Counted from the first letter of the stretch, positions 1 to 9,844 are shown. The stretch: DNA of 64,000 nucleotides from Phycisphaerales bacterium (GCA_965227775.1 OZ245777.1:1088001-1152000); one strand, 5' to 3'. A program made the numbers and translations. The notes: generated by a model from the letters alone, not told the origin.

Positions 1-459
1 CTCGCGCGCCGATGTGGCGACCGGGGCAAAGCGCTCGAGCGTCTCGGCGATCGACGCGTTCGTGTTCTTTTGGCTGAAGGTCTCACTGGCGGCGGTAAAC
101 AGGCACACCTTGTCGATTGCCCGCCGGCCCGATGCCTTTGTTGCGTGTTCGTTTACCTCCAGCAACCGCTCCATACCCCTCATGTTCGGCACGAGTGCGC
201 TGAAGGTGACGTGCTCGGGCAGATCTCCGCCGAGCAACTGGAGCAGCTCCGCCGCATCGCCAAGCTGCGGAATCCACTTCGGGCTGACGAAGCTGGTGAG
301 CTCGATCTCGGGCAGGCCTGCCGCGATCAGCGCCCGAACGAGCGCGGCCTTGTCGTCCGTCGGCACGCGTCCGGCCTCGTTCTGTAGCCCGTCCCGCGGG
401 CCGACCTCAACGATCCGCACCGTGCTCAGGGGCTGCTGGTTGGGCTGCTCGGGTGGCAT
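1..459 (-). CDS. Hydroxymethylglutaryl-CoA lyase (DRE-TIM family), 3' part runs off the window
   Basis: Not in the ORF track. Minus-strand translation from ATG at 459 gives MPPEQPNQQPLSTVRIVEVGPRDGLQNE...IELTSFVSPKWIPQLGDA, the HMG-CoA lyase N-terminal signature. Confidence 0.9.
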   Translation of the reverse strand, partial: MPPEQPNQQPLSTVRIVEVGPRDGLQNEAGRVPTDDKAALVRALIAAGLPEIELTSFVSPKWIPQLGDAAELLQLLGGDLPEHVTFSALVPNMRGMERLLEVNEHATKASGRRAIDKVCLFTAASETFSQKNTNASIAETLERFAPVATSARE

Positions 460-644
460 CGGGCCATCATAAACCCCGCCGCATCGCGTGCAATGTGCTG
501 GGAACCCCTCGTGCCCCCAGGGAAGAAGGCGGGCGCTACCGTGGTTGGGCCAAGCCAAGGCCGCCCGACGAATCGGGCCGCGATCACAAGATCAACCGCC
601 CGCCGGCATGGTGTCTGGCGGCCAACGCGTGGAGGAACCAACGC

Positions 645-1355
645 ATGCCATGCTTCTGCAACTGCTCGAAGACGACCCAGATCGGTGCCGCCGTGGCCAT
701 CATGGCCGGGGCGATCGCGCTGTCCAACGGGCTCGTCGACGCCGGCCAGGACGGCAACATGGGCCAGCAAGCAGCCCAACAAGACTTCACGCTCGAGACG
801 CTGCTGACGCGTGACCTGACGTACGCCACGCCGGGCAACGAGCGGTATGACGCCGCGTGGGAGAAGATCCAGAGCCAGCTTGGCAAGCCCGCACCCAGCT
901 TCACCGTTGGCGAGTGGCAGCAGCTCAACGGCACGCCCAACGTCAGCGACATCAAGTCGATGCGCGGCGACATCGTGGTCATCGACTTCTGGGGCACGTG
1001 GTGCCCGCCCTGCCGTGCGGCGATGCCCAACAACAGCAACATGGCAGACAAGTATGCTGAGAAGGACGTCCGCATCATCGGCATCTGCAACACGCGCGGC
1101 TCCGACAAGATGATGGAGACAGCCGAGGCACACGATGGCCGCTTCCCCATGGCCGCCGACATCGATGACAAGACCAAGGACGCCTACGGCGTGCAGTGGT
1201 GGCCCTACTACGTCGTTGTCGATCGCGACGGCATCGTTCGTGCCGCCGGCGTCAAGAGCGACAAGATCTCGACAGTGGTCGATCGCCTGCTCGCGATCCA
1301 GCCCCCGCGTGAGAAGGAAGAAGGCGAGATGACGCCCCGCCGCCGCAACCGCTGA
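645..1355 (+). CDS. TlpA/ResA-like thioredoxin-fold disulfide oxidoreductase, exported
   Basis: IDFWGTWCPPC active site, YGVQWWPYYVVVDRDG cis-Pro region, N-terminal hydrophobic segment, GGAGG upstream of ATG 645. Confidence 0.85.
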   Translation: MPCFCNCSKTTQIGAAVAIMAGAIALSNGLVDAGQDGNMGQQAAQQDFTLETLLTRDLTYATPGNERYDAAWEKIQSQLGKPAPSFTVGEWQQLNGTPNVSDIKSMRGDIVVIDFWGTWCPPCRAAMPNNSNMADKYAEKDVRIIGICNTRGSDKMMETAEAHDGRFPMAADIDDKTKDAYGVQWWPYYVVVDRDGIVRAAGVKSDKISTVVDRLLAIQPPREKEEGEMTPRRRNR

Positions 1356-1410
1356 TCCACCGGCTCTCTACTGGAAAGCAGCATCCACGCCCGCGACCCG
1401 CGGGCGTTCT

Positions 1411-2448
1411 TCATGCGCGAGCAGCTGGTGATTCCAGCACATCGAGCATTGCCCGGGCGATCTCGATGGGTACCGACGCGTGCATCGCGTGCAGGCCGTC
1501 GATCGGCTCGCCTTGCGGCAGCCGCGGGTGCAGACCCTCAACACGCGCGCGATCGGCCACAACGGCGACGCCCATCGAGAGGGCGTACGCAACCAGTCCC
1601 GGGCTGGCGTGCTCGTGCTTGGCCGATCCGTACGCCGCGAGCGCGAGCCGCACACGGGCGAGCCGCTGCGGCAACCCGTCGCTGTCGAGCAGGATGCGCG
1701 TATGCCCCGCTTCGGGAAGGCGAGCAACGCGACGAGCCGCGGCGCACCCCGTCGGCAGGATGAGGTCGATCGGCCCGGACGCCGCTGACGCGAGCGCCGC
1801 TCCGCGCCATGCGAGCGTGGCCGAGCCCGATGCGGCCGGATCAGCCAGAAGCGCGACGCGCGTCACGGCCCCATCCGAGTCGTCACCTTCGTCCGCCATC
1901 GGCAGCCGTGCCGGAGATACAGCGGCGCGTAGAACGCGTTCTGCGAGCGGCGCGATCGCCGCATCGTCGCCGTGCGGGCTGCGTACCAGCTCGGGGTTCG
2001 TCGCTTCGATGTCCGGGCGGTGCGGGTCGGCCTCGAGCAGGAGGGCCAGGTCGCCCCGGCCGGGCCCAAATCCGGTCAGACGGGCAACGCGCGCCGCGAA
2101 GGCGCTCCACGCGATGCACGCATCGAACCGAACGCCGCACCGGCGCACGAGCTTGCGCAAGACGTTGGCGGTCGCATGGGGCGTGCCGAACGGCACTGGC
2201 ACGCGCGCAACGGGGCCAGCGCCAAGGGCAGCCACGCGCCGCTGTACCGCCGGTGGGCCCAGCGCGATCACCGCGTGCGCATCGGCGGGCGCGTGCGAGT
2301 CCTCGGCGTCGAGCATCGCGGCGCAGGCCAAGGCGCTGAGGTCGCCGCCGCGTTCCAGTTGGTCCAGGCGCGCCCCGCCCTCGGGCGGTGGCATACCGGG
2401 GTGGTCTGCCTCGACCAGGTGGAGCAGCCTGTAGGGGGTGCGGGCCAT
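1411..2448 (-). CDS. Hypothetical protein (possibly a degenerate GT-B/glycosyltransferase-like fold)
   Basis: 345-aa ORF following the lipoprotein pair. C-terminal PGLVAYALSMGVAVVA resembles the GT4 'EA(M)xxGxPVV' region but lacks the acidic residue. Confidence 0.5.
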   Translation of the reverse strand: MARTPYRLLHLVEADHPGMPPPEGGARLDQLERGGDLSALACAAMLDAEDSHAPADAHAVIALGPPAVQRRVAALGAGPVARVPVPFGTPHATANVLRKLVRRCGVRFDACIAWSAFAARVARLTGFGPGRGDLALLLEADPHRPDIEATNPELVRSPHGDDAAIAPLAERVLRAAVSPARLPMADEGDDSDGAVTRVALLADPAASGSATLAWRGAALASAASGPIDLILPTGCAAARRVARLPEAGHTRILLDSDGLPQRLARVRLALAAYGSAKHEHASPGLVAYALSMGVAVVADRARVEGLHPRLPQGEPIDGLHAMHASVPIEIARAMLDVLESPAARA

Positions 2449-2467
2449 CGGGTGATCGTTGGCCGCC

Positions 2468-3112
2468 TCAGTTCCCAGCGCGAGCGCTGAAGGGCTGCTC
2501 GACGGTGTAGAACAACTCGGCCATCGCTCGGCCGGTGTATTCGGCCAGTTCTTCCATTGCCGTACGCTGCTCGGGGCCGCTCGAGGGCACGTAGTCCGGC
2601 CGCACGCGCATGGTGACGTCCAGCGCGTAGCCCTGCGGCGGGTCCTCGGGCCAGGCCTTCTCGTTGGCCGAGACGTCGATGACCTTCACCCGCAGGCGGG
2701 CATTGGGGCGATACTCGCCCGTTGAGGCAGCAAGAGAGAATCCCTCGACGCGGGCCCACACGACCTGTTCGGCACCGATGGCCTTGCCGATCTCGGTCAG
2801 GCTCATGCGCTCCTGCGTGCTATCGCGCTGCAGCACCGCCATGGTGTCGCGCGCATCGATGACCTCGCGGATCTTGGCACCAGATGCCAGTCGCTCCTGC
2901 ACGGTCGAGAGCATGACGCGCCGATAGCCCATGGATGGCACCACGCTGTCAGGGTCGTCGATGACCACGGCGACGCTGCGCTGGCGGTCGAGCCGGTACT
3001 CGGCGTGCACCTTGGGTGGGCCGTGTACAAGGACGGCGATGGGCGCCACGATGTTGCAACCGGCGGCAAAGAGCACCAGCAAGACCATCAAGGAGAGTGG
3101 GAGGGTGCGCAT
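2468..3112 (-). CDS. Lipoprotein of unknown function
   Basis: Signal peptide ending in lipobox FAAG-C (CNIVAP); start MRTLPL at 3112. Confidence 0.75.
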   Translation of the reverse strand: MRTLPLSLMVLLVLFAAGCNIVAPIAVLVHGPPKVHAEYRLDRQRSVAVVIDDPDSVVPSMGYRRVMLSTVQERLASGAKIREVIDARDTMAVLQRDSTQERMSLTEIGKAIGAEQVVWARVEGFSLAASTGEYRPNARLRVKVIDVSANEKAWPEDPPQGYALDVTMRVRPDYVPSSGPEQRTAMEELAEYTGRAMAELFYTVEQPFSARAGN

Positions 3113-3116
3113 CGGC

Positions 3117-3791
3117 CTAGTACTCCTGGTACTCGGGGTACCGCTCCTTGTGGTCGTAGAAGAACCACGACGAACGATTGGCAAAGCGCCACAAGAGCTG
3201 GGAAGCCACGTCTTCGGCCGAGAGGTCGTCGATCGTTGTGTTCGGCTGATCCGGGAAGGTGACGTTCACGTACTGCTCGAGCCGGACGTCGTCCTCCAGG
3301 TAGCTGTCGGCCTCGATAACCAGCAGATTGCCGGCGGCCTGTCCGCTCCACACGTACTCGTTGCCCGGTTCGGCCAGGCGGAACTCATCGAGTTGGATGA
3401 TGACTAGCCGCTCGACGTCGAACCGCGCGGCGATCTCGTCGAAGGTGCGGTCGAGGAGCCCGGGCTCGTCGTACAACACGCGCTGGATGTCGCGGGCGGG
3501 CACGATGCTCTCGACACCCGCGTTGGCCTGCAGACGCGCGATGATCTCGCCCAGAATCGCCGGTGCGATCTGCGGCGACACCATGTCGATCTCCCGTGAA
3601 ACATCGACGATGACCGCGACCCGCTCGGCCTCGAGCCCGTCGTAGACGCGCTCGACGGTGATGGTGCCCGAGCGGCGGCGCTCGGCCTCGATCGCGCCGA
3701 AGAAGCCGACGATGTTGCACCCGCTTGCGGTCACGCACGCGAGCAACAGCGAGACGACGGCGATGGAACGGGCGGAGCAAGATCCGGTCAT
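3117..3791 (-). CDS. Lipoprotein of unknown function, apparent paralog of 2468-3112
   Basis: Lipobox TASG-C (CNIVG), GGAGG upstream of ATG 3791, shares a VAV(V/I)(I/V)D segment with its neighbour. Confidence 0.75.
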   Translation of the reverse strand: MTGSCSARSIAVVSLLLACVTASGCNIVGFFGAIEAERRRSGTITVERVYDGLEAERVAVIVDVSREIDMVSPQIAPAILGEIIARLQANAGVESIVPARDIQRVLYDEPGLLDRTFDEIAARFDVERLVIIQLDEFRLAEPGNEYVWSGQAAGNLLVIEADSYLEDDVRLEQYVNVTFPDQPNTTIDDLSAEDVASQLLWRFANRSSWFFYDHKERYPEYQEY

Positions 3792-3861
3792 GCGACCTCC
3801 GACTTGAGAACCTGGGAGCGGATCGCGAAACAGGCTGCGAATCGGAGCGACGGGGTTCGTC

Positions 3862-4362
3862 TCAGCCGCTCTCAAACACAGCCATCTTGTACGCCCACGC
3901 GGCCAGCAGGATGCCACCTATGAGCCACCACGTGCGACCCCGGAAGATCTTGGTGCTCTGACGCACCGTTTCGGCCCCGGTGATCGCCCCATGCAAGCCG
4001 CACCAGAGGGCGACAGCGGCGACCAAGGAGAATATGGCCCCTGCCGGCTGCACGAGAAACGAGCCGATCAGATCGCCATTGGCGGCGTGGGTCACGGCGG
4101 TAGTCATGCCACAGGTCGGGCACGGGGCGTCGAAGGCCACCACCCACGAGCAGCTGGGCAGCCCGAGCCGGGTGTGGGTGCCATGCCCCTCGGCGGCGGG
4201 TGTCAGCGAGGCCCCGACCGCAAGCGGCGCCGCGGCAACCGCCGCCACGATACCGCCAAGCAGCCTCGGCCCGAGAGTCCCCGGCTCCCGCTGCGGAGGC
4301 GGGCTCGTCGGCGGCTGGTCCGGCCGGTTACGAAGCGGGAACTGATCGGCTTCGGGCTCCAT
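3862..4362 (-). CDS. DUF2752-type membrane protein
   Basis: LGLPSC...PCPTCGMTTA...GDL..SF..QPAG motif with hydrophobic helices. Confidence 0.8.
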   Translation of the reverse strand: MEPEADQFPLRNRPDQPPTSPPPQREPGTLGPRLLGGIVAAVAAAPLAVGASLTPAAEGHGTHTRLGLPSCSWVVAFDAPCPTCGMTTAVTHAANGDLIGSFLVQPAGAIFSLVAAVALWCGLHGAITGAETVRQSTKIFRGRTWWLIGGILLAAWAYKMAVFESG

Positions 4363-4463
4363 CGCCAACATCGTAAACGCTCGGCGAAGCGACAGGCCAT
4401 CCGAGCCCTGTGCTGCACGCCGAATCGGGGCATCCTGTATGGCGACAAGGCTACCCGCAAATA

Positions 4464-4481
4464 TTTCAATTATTTTTGAAA
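4464..4481. promoter_or_regulatory. Palindromic operator TTTCAA-N6-TTGAAA in a divergent promoter region
   Basis: Perfect AT-rich inverted repeat between the DUF2752 gene and the GbsR/MarR regulator. Confidence 0.6.
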
Positions 4482-4523
4482 CGACTAGTGGACTGGGCCG
4501 CCTCGTTCTGCGATACTGAGGGG

Positions 4524-5087
4524 ATGGATCCGGCGCCTTCCCAGACCCCTGACGCAGCCGCCCGAGAGGCCCAGGACGCCTTCGTGGCCTCGTGGGGCCA
4601 GATGGCCGGGGCATGGGGCATCAGTCGAACGATGGCCGAGGCCCATGCGCTGCTATTTATTACCGGGCAGCCGATGAACACCGACGAGGTGATGGAACGC
4701 CTGCAGATCTCGCGCGGCAACGCGTCGATGTCGCTGCGGGCGCTGCTGGAATGGGGCATCGTCAGCAAGGCCCACAAGCGCGGCGACCGCAAGGAGTACT
4801 TCCAGGCAGAGCAGGACGTGTGGGCCATGTTCCGCGCGATCGTGCGCGAGCGGCTGAAGCGCGAGGTCGAGCCGCTGATCGCTCAGCTGCACGAGATCCG
4901 CGATCAGACCAGCTCCAAGCGGAGCGCAACTCGCCGCATGATCGATCCCGATCTCGAGGCCCAGAACAACCGCCTCGATGAGCTGCTCGAATTCCTGGCA
5001 ACGGTCGACCAACTCGGGCAGCGATTTGCCAGCCCGCAGGGTCGCGGCCTACGTGTAGCCGCCAAGATGTTGGCCAAGGTGACGTGA
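4524..5087 (+). CDS. GbsR/MarR-family transcriptional regulator
   Basis: FVASWGQMAGAWGISRTMAEAHALL...LQISRGNASMSLRALLEWGIV...GDRKEYF winged-helix pattern. Confidence 0.85.
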   Translation: MDPAPSQTPDAAAREAQDAFVASWGQMAGAWGISRTMAEAHALLFITGQPMNTDEVMERLQISRGNASMSLRALLEWGIVSKAHKRGDRKEYFQAEQDVWAMFRAIVRERLKREVEPLIAQLHEIRDQTSSKRSATRRMIDPDLEAQNNRLDELLEFLATVDQLGQRFASPQGRGLRVAAKMLAKVT

Positions 5088-5512
5088 GCATGACGGCCGC
5101 CCACACCAGCACGAGCTTCGAGCGGCGCGTTCGCCCCAAGCCGGTCACGCGGCCGGCCTGCCTGCGCCTCCGTTGGAGCGTGGCCCCGAGCGCCTTGGGC
5201 CGATCGGCTCGCAAGCCATTGGTGCTGGAACTCCTGCTCAATCACAGCGACGAAGCGTGCGTCTTGCTCGACGGCGAACCGCTGGAGTCCGCTCGATCAT
5301 GGGCGAGCACGTGGAATGGCGAGCTGACCGTTCGCCGTGTCGCAAGCGGGCCTGGCGCAGGTCTGCTGATCGTCGAGGCCGCTCCACTGGCGGTTGCCGT
5401 GCTCGGCTCGCGCGATGATGAGCGGCCGTTCCATGTGGCGTGCGACCTGCCGAAGGCACTCGGCCTCGCCGGTGGTCGCTACGAGCTCGCCAGCGGTGAA
5501 TTGAACTCTTAG
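5084..5512 (+). CDS. Hypothetical protein
   Basis: 142-aa ORF coupled to the regulator through a GTGA overlap. Confidence 0.55.
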   Translation: MSMTAAHTSTSFERRVRPKPVTRPACLRLRWSVAPSALGRSARKPLVLELLLNHSDEACVLLDGEPLESARSWASTWNGELTVRRVASGPGAGLLIVEAAPLAVAVLGSRDDERPFHVACDLPKALGLAGGRYELASGELNS

Positions 5513-5542
5513 ATCGACTGCCAGAACACTTCGTCAGCTTGC

Positions 5543-6721
5543 TCAGCAGCCCGCGTCGAACGCGTTCTGGAACGCGAGGAAGTCGAAGATCGTCAGCGAC
5601 CCATCGCCATCGAAGTCGGCGAGCGGATCGCCGCTGTCGAAGAGGTTCTGGAACGCGAGGAAGTCGAAGATGGTCAGCATTCCGTCACCGTCCAGGTCGG
5701 CCTGGCACGGCGTGCCGCCGGCGGAGAGCGCGAAGCCGCGCAACCGGCCTGCCGGATTCACACCGATCCCGATGATGACACCATCGTCGTTCAGCCCTTG
5801 TGCGGTGATCAGTTCCCAGCCGTCGCCCGTATCGTCGACGAGGTCCGCCAGCAACCGGACTCCGGCGGTCTCGTCCCACACGATGGCGCCCAAGCTCGAT
5901 TGACCGACCGCGAGCGCATCACCATTGACAGCGTTCAGCTGCGAGGGAATTGATGGGCCCAGATCGATGCCGACATCGGTCGCCTCGCCGCTCGCGTTCC
6001 ACACGGTGGCGCGCATGTCCGGGCCCGATTGTGCGAAACCGACAATCATTCCCATTGGTCCTCGGTCAAACGCGGCATCAACGCCCGCCACGGTCGCGTC
6101 GAGGCGTCCGAGCAAGCGAGCCTCGCCACTCTCGGGCCACACGATGCCGCGTCCGGCTCCCGCTCCATCCGGGTGGTGCATCGACGAGCCAAGCACCGCG
6201 CCATCGTCCTCGATGCGCAGCACGGTGGCGAGTTCGTCCCACGTGTCGAGCGGACGCGGTGCGCCGGAGGCCAACGGCCAGACGATCGGCGATTGCAACA
6301 GGCCGATCTGCAGCAGCGCCTCGCCCGAGTCGTTGACGCCAACCGCCCGCACAGGCGTGCACTCGGTCGGACCGATCGGGACCATTCCGTCGCTGCTCGT
6401 CCAAAGGAATGAGCCCGTCTCGCCACAGGCTCGATCGCTCACCCCCACGATGAGGCCGCTGGCGATCGAGATCGCCTCGCTCTCGCGACCACCGTCGAGC
6501 GTGCCGAGGAATTCTGCCGGCGCGTCGAATGACTCCCATCGCGTCGCGACGCGGTCCGCCGCAACCCTCACGGATCCGACGATCACACCGTCGTCGTCGA
6601 TCGCCGTCACGATCGAGTCGACGGTACCGGGCGGTACGTCCAACTCGTGCAGGGTGTATTGGCCAAACACAGGTGAGGCCGAAGCCAAAAACAAGCCGGT
6701 TGCGGTGGCGACTTTGCTCAT
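5543..6721 (-). CDS. Secreted HAF-repeat-like beta protein with C-terminal GC-type dockerin-like module
   Basis: Signal peptide; repeats like LGTLDGGRESEAISIASGLIVGVS and AQGLNDDGVIIG; C-terminal CQADLDGDGMLTIFDFLAFQN...ADFDGDGSLTIFDFLAFQNAFDAGC. Confidence 0.85.
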   Translation of the reverse strand: MSKVATATGLFLASASPVFGQYTLHELDVPPGTVDSIVTAIDDDGVIVGSVRVAADRVATRWESFDAPAEFLGTLDGGRESEAISIASGLIVGVSDRACGETGSFLWTSSDGMVPIGPTECTPVRAVGVNDSGEALLQIGLLQSPIVWPLASGAPRPLDTWDELATVLRIEDDGAVLGSSMHHPDGAGAGRGIVWPESGEARLLGRLDATVAGVDAAFDRGPMGMIVGFAQSGPDMRATVWNASGEATDVGIDLGPSIPSQLNAVNGDALAVGQSSLGAIVWDETAGVRLLADLVDDTGDGWELITAQGLNDDGVIIGIGVNPAGRLRGFALSAGGTPCQADLDGDGMLTIFDFLAFQNLFDSGDPLADFDGDGSLTIFDFLAFQNAFDAGC

Positions 6722-6927
6722 GTACAGAAGATACCCGTGGCTGCCCCTACTCAGATGAACAATCTTGGAGAAAAGAAGTCCGATAATACCTATATTGCCA
6801 ATCTTTTTGCGGGTAGAGCTTGCATTTCAAGAATTCTTATTTTGGATCGTCGGGTAGACTGCGTGCGGAGGAGTTGCCCGGCTCGGTGGGAGCCGTGGCC
6901 CAGCGCACCCGTAGTGGGGGAGACTCG

Positions 6928-7551
6928 ATGACCCGTTCCGCAGCCACCTTTACCGCCCTCGCGGGCGTCGCAGTCGTCTCGGCAACGTCCGCCGGCCAAG
7001 TCGTCAACGTCATGGGATCTGTGGCGGCGAGCACCGAGCGAACCGGATCCAACTTCCGCGCTTCCGTTGAGTACCGCGTATTGGGCGACGAGCGCGGAGA
7101 GTTGACCATCGATGTCACGAACACGTCGGACTCGGCTCTCGGGGGGTTCCTCACGGGCCTGGTGTTCCGCTTTGATGACGACGACGATGACGCGTCAACG
7201 CAGTTGACCTTTGGCGATCCGTCGACTTTCCTGGACACCGGTTTTGAGCGTGCCTCGCCATTTGGCATGTTTGATGGCGGGGCCGCACTTGGCGGCCATT
7301 GGCTCGGTGGCGGTAGTCCGAGCGACGGTCTGGCCTGGGGTGAGAGCGGTCGGTTCGTGTTCTCTATCCTCGCCGACGATGCCGACGACTTAACGACCTA
7401 CAACTTTATTGGTGATGCGGACAACCCCGGACTCGTGGCCCGATTCCGAGGGCTGGACGGCGGTGGCTCGGACAAGGTGCCGGTTCCGGCACCCGCGAGC
7501 TTGGCTCTGCTGGGCTTGGGCGGCCTAGCTGCGGCTCGTCGTCGCCGCTGA
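6928..7551 (+). CDS. PEP-CTERM-like (VPAP) sorting-signal surface protein
   Basis: Signal peptide; C-terminus VPVPAPASLALLGLGGLAAARRRR (motif, TM helix, Arg cluster). Confidence 0.85.
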   Translation: MTRSAATFTALAGVAVVSATSAGQVVNVMGSVAASTERTGSNFRASVEYRVLGDERGELTIDVTNTSDSALGGFLTGLVFRFDDDDDDASTQLTFGDPSTFLDTGFERASPFGMFDGGAALGGHWLGGGSPSDGLAWGESGRFVFSILADDADDLTTYNFIGDADNPGLVARFRGLDGGGSDKVPVPAPASLALLGLGGLAAARRRR

Positions 7552-7576
7552 ATCTCACAGCCATCGAGCCGACACG

Positions 7577-7610
7577 AAAAAGCCCGCCGAAAAGGCGGGC
7601 TTAGTCTTTT
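7577..7610. terminator. Probable bidirectional intrinsic terminator
   Basis: AAAAAGCCCGCC-GAAAA-GGCGGGCTT hairpin between converging genes, with an A-run on the left and a T-rich tail on the right. Confidence 0.8.
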
Positions 7611-7648
7611 ATGCCGCTCGAACCAGCAGAGCGACTGATTCCAGTGAC

Positions 7649-9247
7649 CTACGCCCCGGCGCCTACGGGCTCGGCGTCCTTCGTGCCACTCTTCTTGTTC
7701 CGAAGCCAGTCGCCGCTGAACGCCTTGAGGGCCTCGTCGAGCTCGGTGTTGATCTCGTCGGTCAGCTTGCGCTCGGTATCGATCTTGTCCCACAGCGGCT
7801 TGTAGCTGGTCTGGAAGGCCTCGAGCAGGTCCTTCTCGAACTGGCGGACGTCGGTGAGCGCCACCTCGTCGAGGTAGCCCCGCGTGCCTGCGAAGATCGA
7901 GATGACCTGGTCGACCACGTGGAAGGGCGTGAACTCGGGCTGCTTGAGCAGCTCGACCATTCGCGCACCGCGGTCGAGCTGGTTCTGCGTCGCCTTGTCG
8001 AGCTCGGTACCCAGCTGGGCGAAGGCCTCGAGCTCGCGGAACGCGGCAAGGTCCAGGCGAAGCGAGCCGGCGATCTTCTTCATCGCGCCGATCTGGGCCG
8101 CACCACCCACGCGGCTCACCGAGATACCCACGTTGATGGCCGGGCGAACACCCGAGAAGAACAGCTCGGGCTCAAGGTAGATCTGGCCATCGGTGATCGA
8201 GATCACGTTGGTCGGGATGTACGCCGACACGTCGCCTTCCTGCGTCTCGATGATGGGCAGGGCGGTCAGGCTGCCGCCGCCGTTCTCGTCGCTCAGCTTG
8301 GTGGCGCGCTCCAGCAGGCGGCTGTGGAGGTAGAACACGTCGCCGGGGTAGGCCTCGCGGCCGGGCGGGCGACGCAGGAGCAGCGAGAGCTGGCGGTACG
8401 CGACGGCCTGCTTGCTCAGGTCGTCGTACACCAGCAGGGCGTGCTTGGGCGTCTTGCCTTCCTTGCCCTGCCACATGAAGTACTCGCCCATCGCGCAGCC
8501 CGAGTACGGCGCGACGTACTGCATCGGGGCCGGGTCGGAGCTTGCGGCGTTGACCACGATGGTGTAGTCCATCGCGCCGTGGCGGCGGAGCTTCTCGACG
8601 ACGCTGGCGACGGTCGACTCCTTCTGGCCGACGGCGACGTAGATGCAGACCACCGCGTCGTCGGTGCCCCAATACTGCTTCTGGTTGATGATCGCGTCGA
8701 TGCAGACGGCGGTCTTGCCCGTCTTGCGGTCACCAATCACCAGCTCGCGCTGGCCGCGACCCACGGGGATCATCGCGTCGACGGCCTTGACGCCGAACTG
8801 CAGCGGCTCGCTCACCGGCTGGCGGTCGGCGATGCCCGGCGCGATGATGTCGACCTTGCGATACTCGGCGGCCTCGATGGCCGGGCCGTCGTCGAGCGGG
8901 CGGCCGAGCGGGTCGACCACGCGGCCCAGCAGGCCCTCGCCCACGGGAACTTCCAGCAGGCGGCCGGTGCTCTTGACCAGGTCGCCTTCCTTGACCTTGA
9001 GGTAGTCGCCGTAGATGACAGCGCCGACGGTGTCCATCTCCAGGTTCATGACCTGGCCCATGACGGCGCCGCCCTCGCTCTGGAACTCGAGCAGCTCGCC
9101 GGCCATGGCGTTGGCCAGGCCGTAGACGCGGGCGATGCCGTCGCCGACCTCGACCACGCGGCCGACCTCGGAGACCTCGAGCTCGTTGGCGTATTGCTCG
9201 AGCTCGGTACGGATGACGCTGGCGATCTCGTCGGTTCGGATCTTCAC
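7649..9247 (-). CDS. atpA: F1F0 ATP synthase subunit alpha
   Basis: [29 protein letters not shown] (Walker A), [58 protein letters not shown] start at 9247. Confidence 0.97.
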   Translation of the reverse strand: MKIRTDEIASVIRTELEQYANELEVSEVGRVVEVGDGIARVYGLANAMAGELLEFQSEGGAVMGQVMNLEMDTVGAVIYGDYLKVKEGDLVKSTGRLLEVPVGEGLLGRVVDPLGRPLDDGPAIEAAEYRKVDIIAPGIADRQPVSEPLQFGVKAVDAMIPVGRGQRELVIGDRKTGKTAVCIDAIINQKQYWGTDDAVVCIYVAVGQKESTVASVVEKLRRHGAMDYTIVVNAASSDPAPMQYVAPYSGCAMGEYFMWQGKEGKTPKHALLVYDDLSKQAVAYRQLSLLLRRPPGREAYPGDVFYLHSRLLERATKLSDENGGGSLTALPIIETQEGDVSAYIPTNVISITDGQIYLEPELFFSGVRPAINVGISVSRVGGAAQIGAMKKIAGSLRLDLAAFRELEAFAQLGTELDKATQNQLDRGARMVELLKQPEFTPFHVVDQVISIFAGTRGYLDEVALTDVRQFEKDLLEAFQTSYKPLWDKIDTERKLTDEINTELDEALKAFSGDWLRNKKSGTKDAEPVGAGA

Positions 9248-9418
9248 GGCGGGCTGTCCCTTTATCAAGAAGGCGTCGCGCGAGCCATCGGCCACCACCG
9301 CCGGGCTCACGGGAGGAAACGGGTGCCAAGGGTAGCGGCGCTGGGCCCGATTGTCTCGGCCGCACGAGGGTTCGAACGCAGGCCTCCCGGCGGCGCAGCG
9401 GGCGCCCCGGACGCTCGG

Positions 9419-9628
9419 TCGGCGTGCCCAGATGCCACCTTTGGCAACCCAAAGACTCCATCCGGGATGCCTGAATCCATGTTTGGCAGCGCAGATGCCT
9501 TCTCAGGGATCCCAAACATTGTCTCTGGGGCCCCAGACATCGTGTCAGGCATGGCAAACACTGCCTCAGCCATGCCAAACACTGTCTCAGGCATGCCAAA
9601 CATCGTCTTTGGCATCCCAAACATAATG
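9419..9628. repeat. Degenerate 21-bp tandem repeat, about 10 copies, with quasi-palindromic cores
   Basis: Units in phase at 9503 tcagggatcccaaacattgtc, 9524 tctggggccccagacatcgtg, 9545 tcaggcatggcaaacactgcc, 9566 tcagccatgccaaacactgtc, 9587 tcaggcatgccaaacatcgtc, 9608 tttggcatcccaaacataatg; more diverged copies at 9419, 9440, 9461 and 9482. Confidence 0.9.
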
Positions 9629-9844
9629 TCGAGCGAGCGATATCCGGACCTCGCCAGGCCCAAAACCCGCCTGCGAGGCCGATTTCTTGTTCCGAGGCCC
9701 CTGTTCGGGTGTTTCGGGGCCCGTTCGCAACCCGGGAACACCCGCGCCGAACTTCTCGGGATCTTGTTTTGGGACTCGCGGCCCCGTGTGGTAGATTGGA
9801 AGGAGCGGGCCGTGCCATCCCGCACCCGACTCGGGAGACCATGC

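Noticed and set aside
6722..6927. Sigma54 promoter for the PEP-CTERM-like gene
   Set aside because: The divergent region is AT-rich, but I found no convincing TGGCAC-N5-TTGC match.
9419..9628. CRISPR array interpretation of the 21-bp repeats
   Set aside because: Units are contiguous and degenerate, with no unique spacers, and there are no cas genes in the window.
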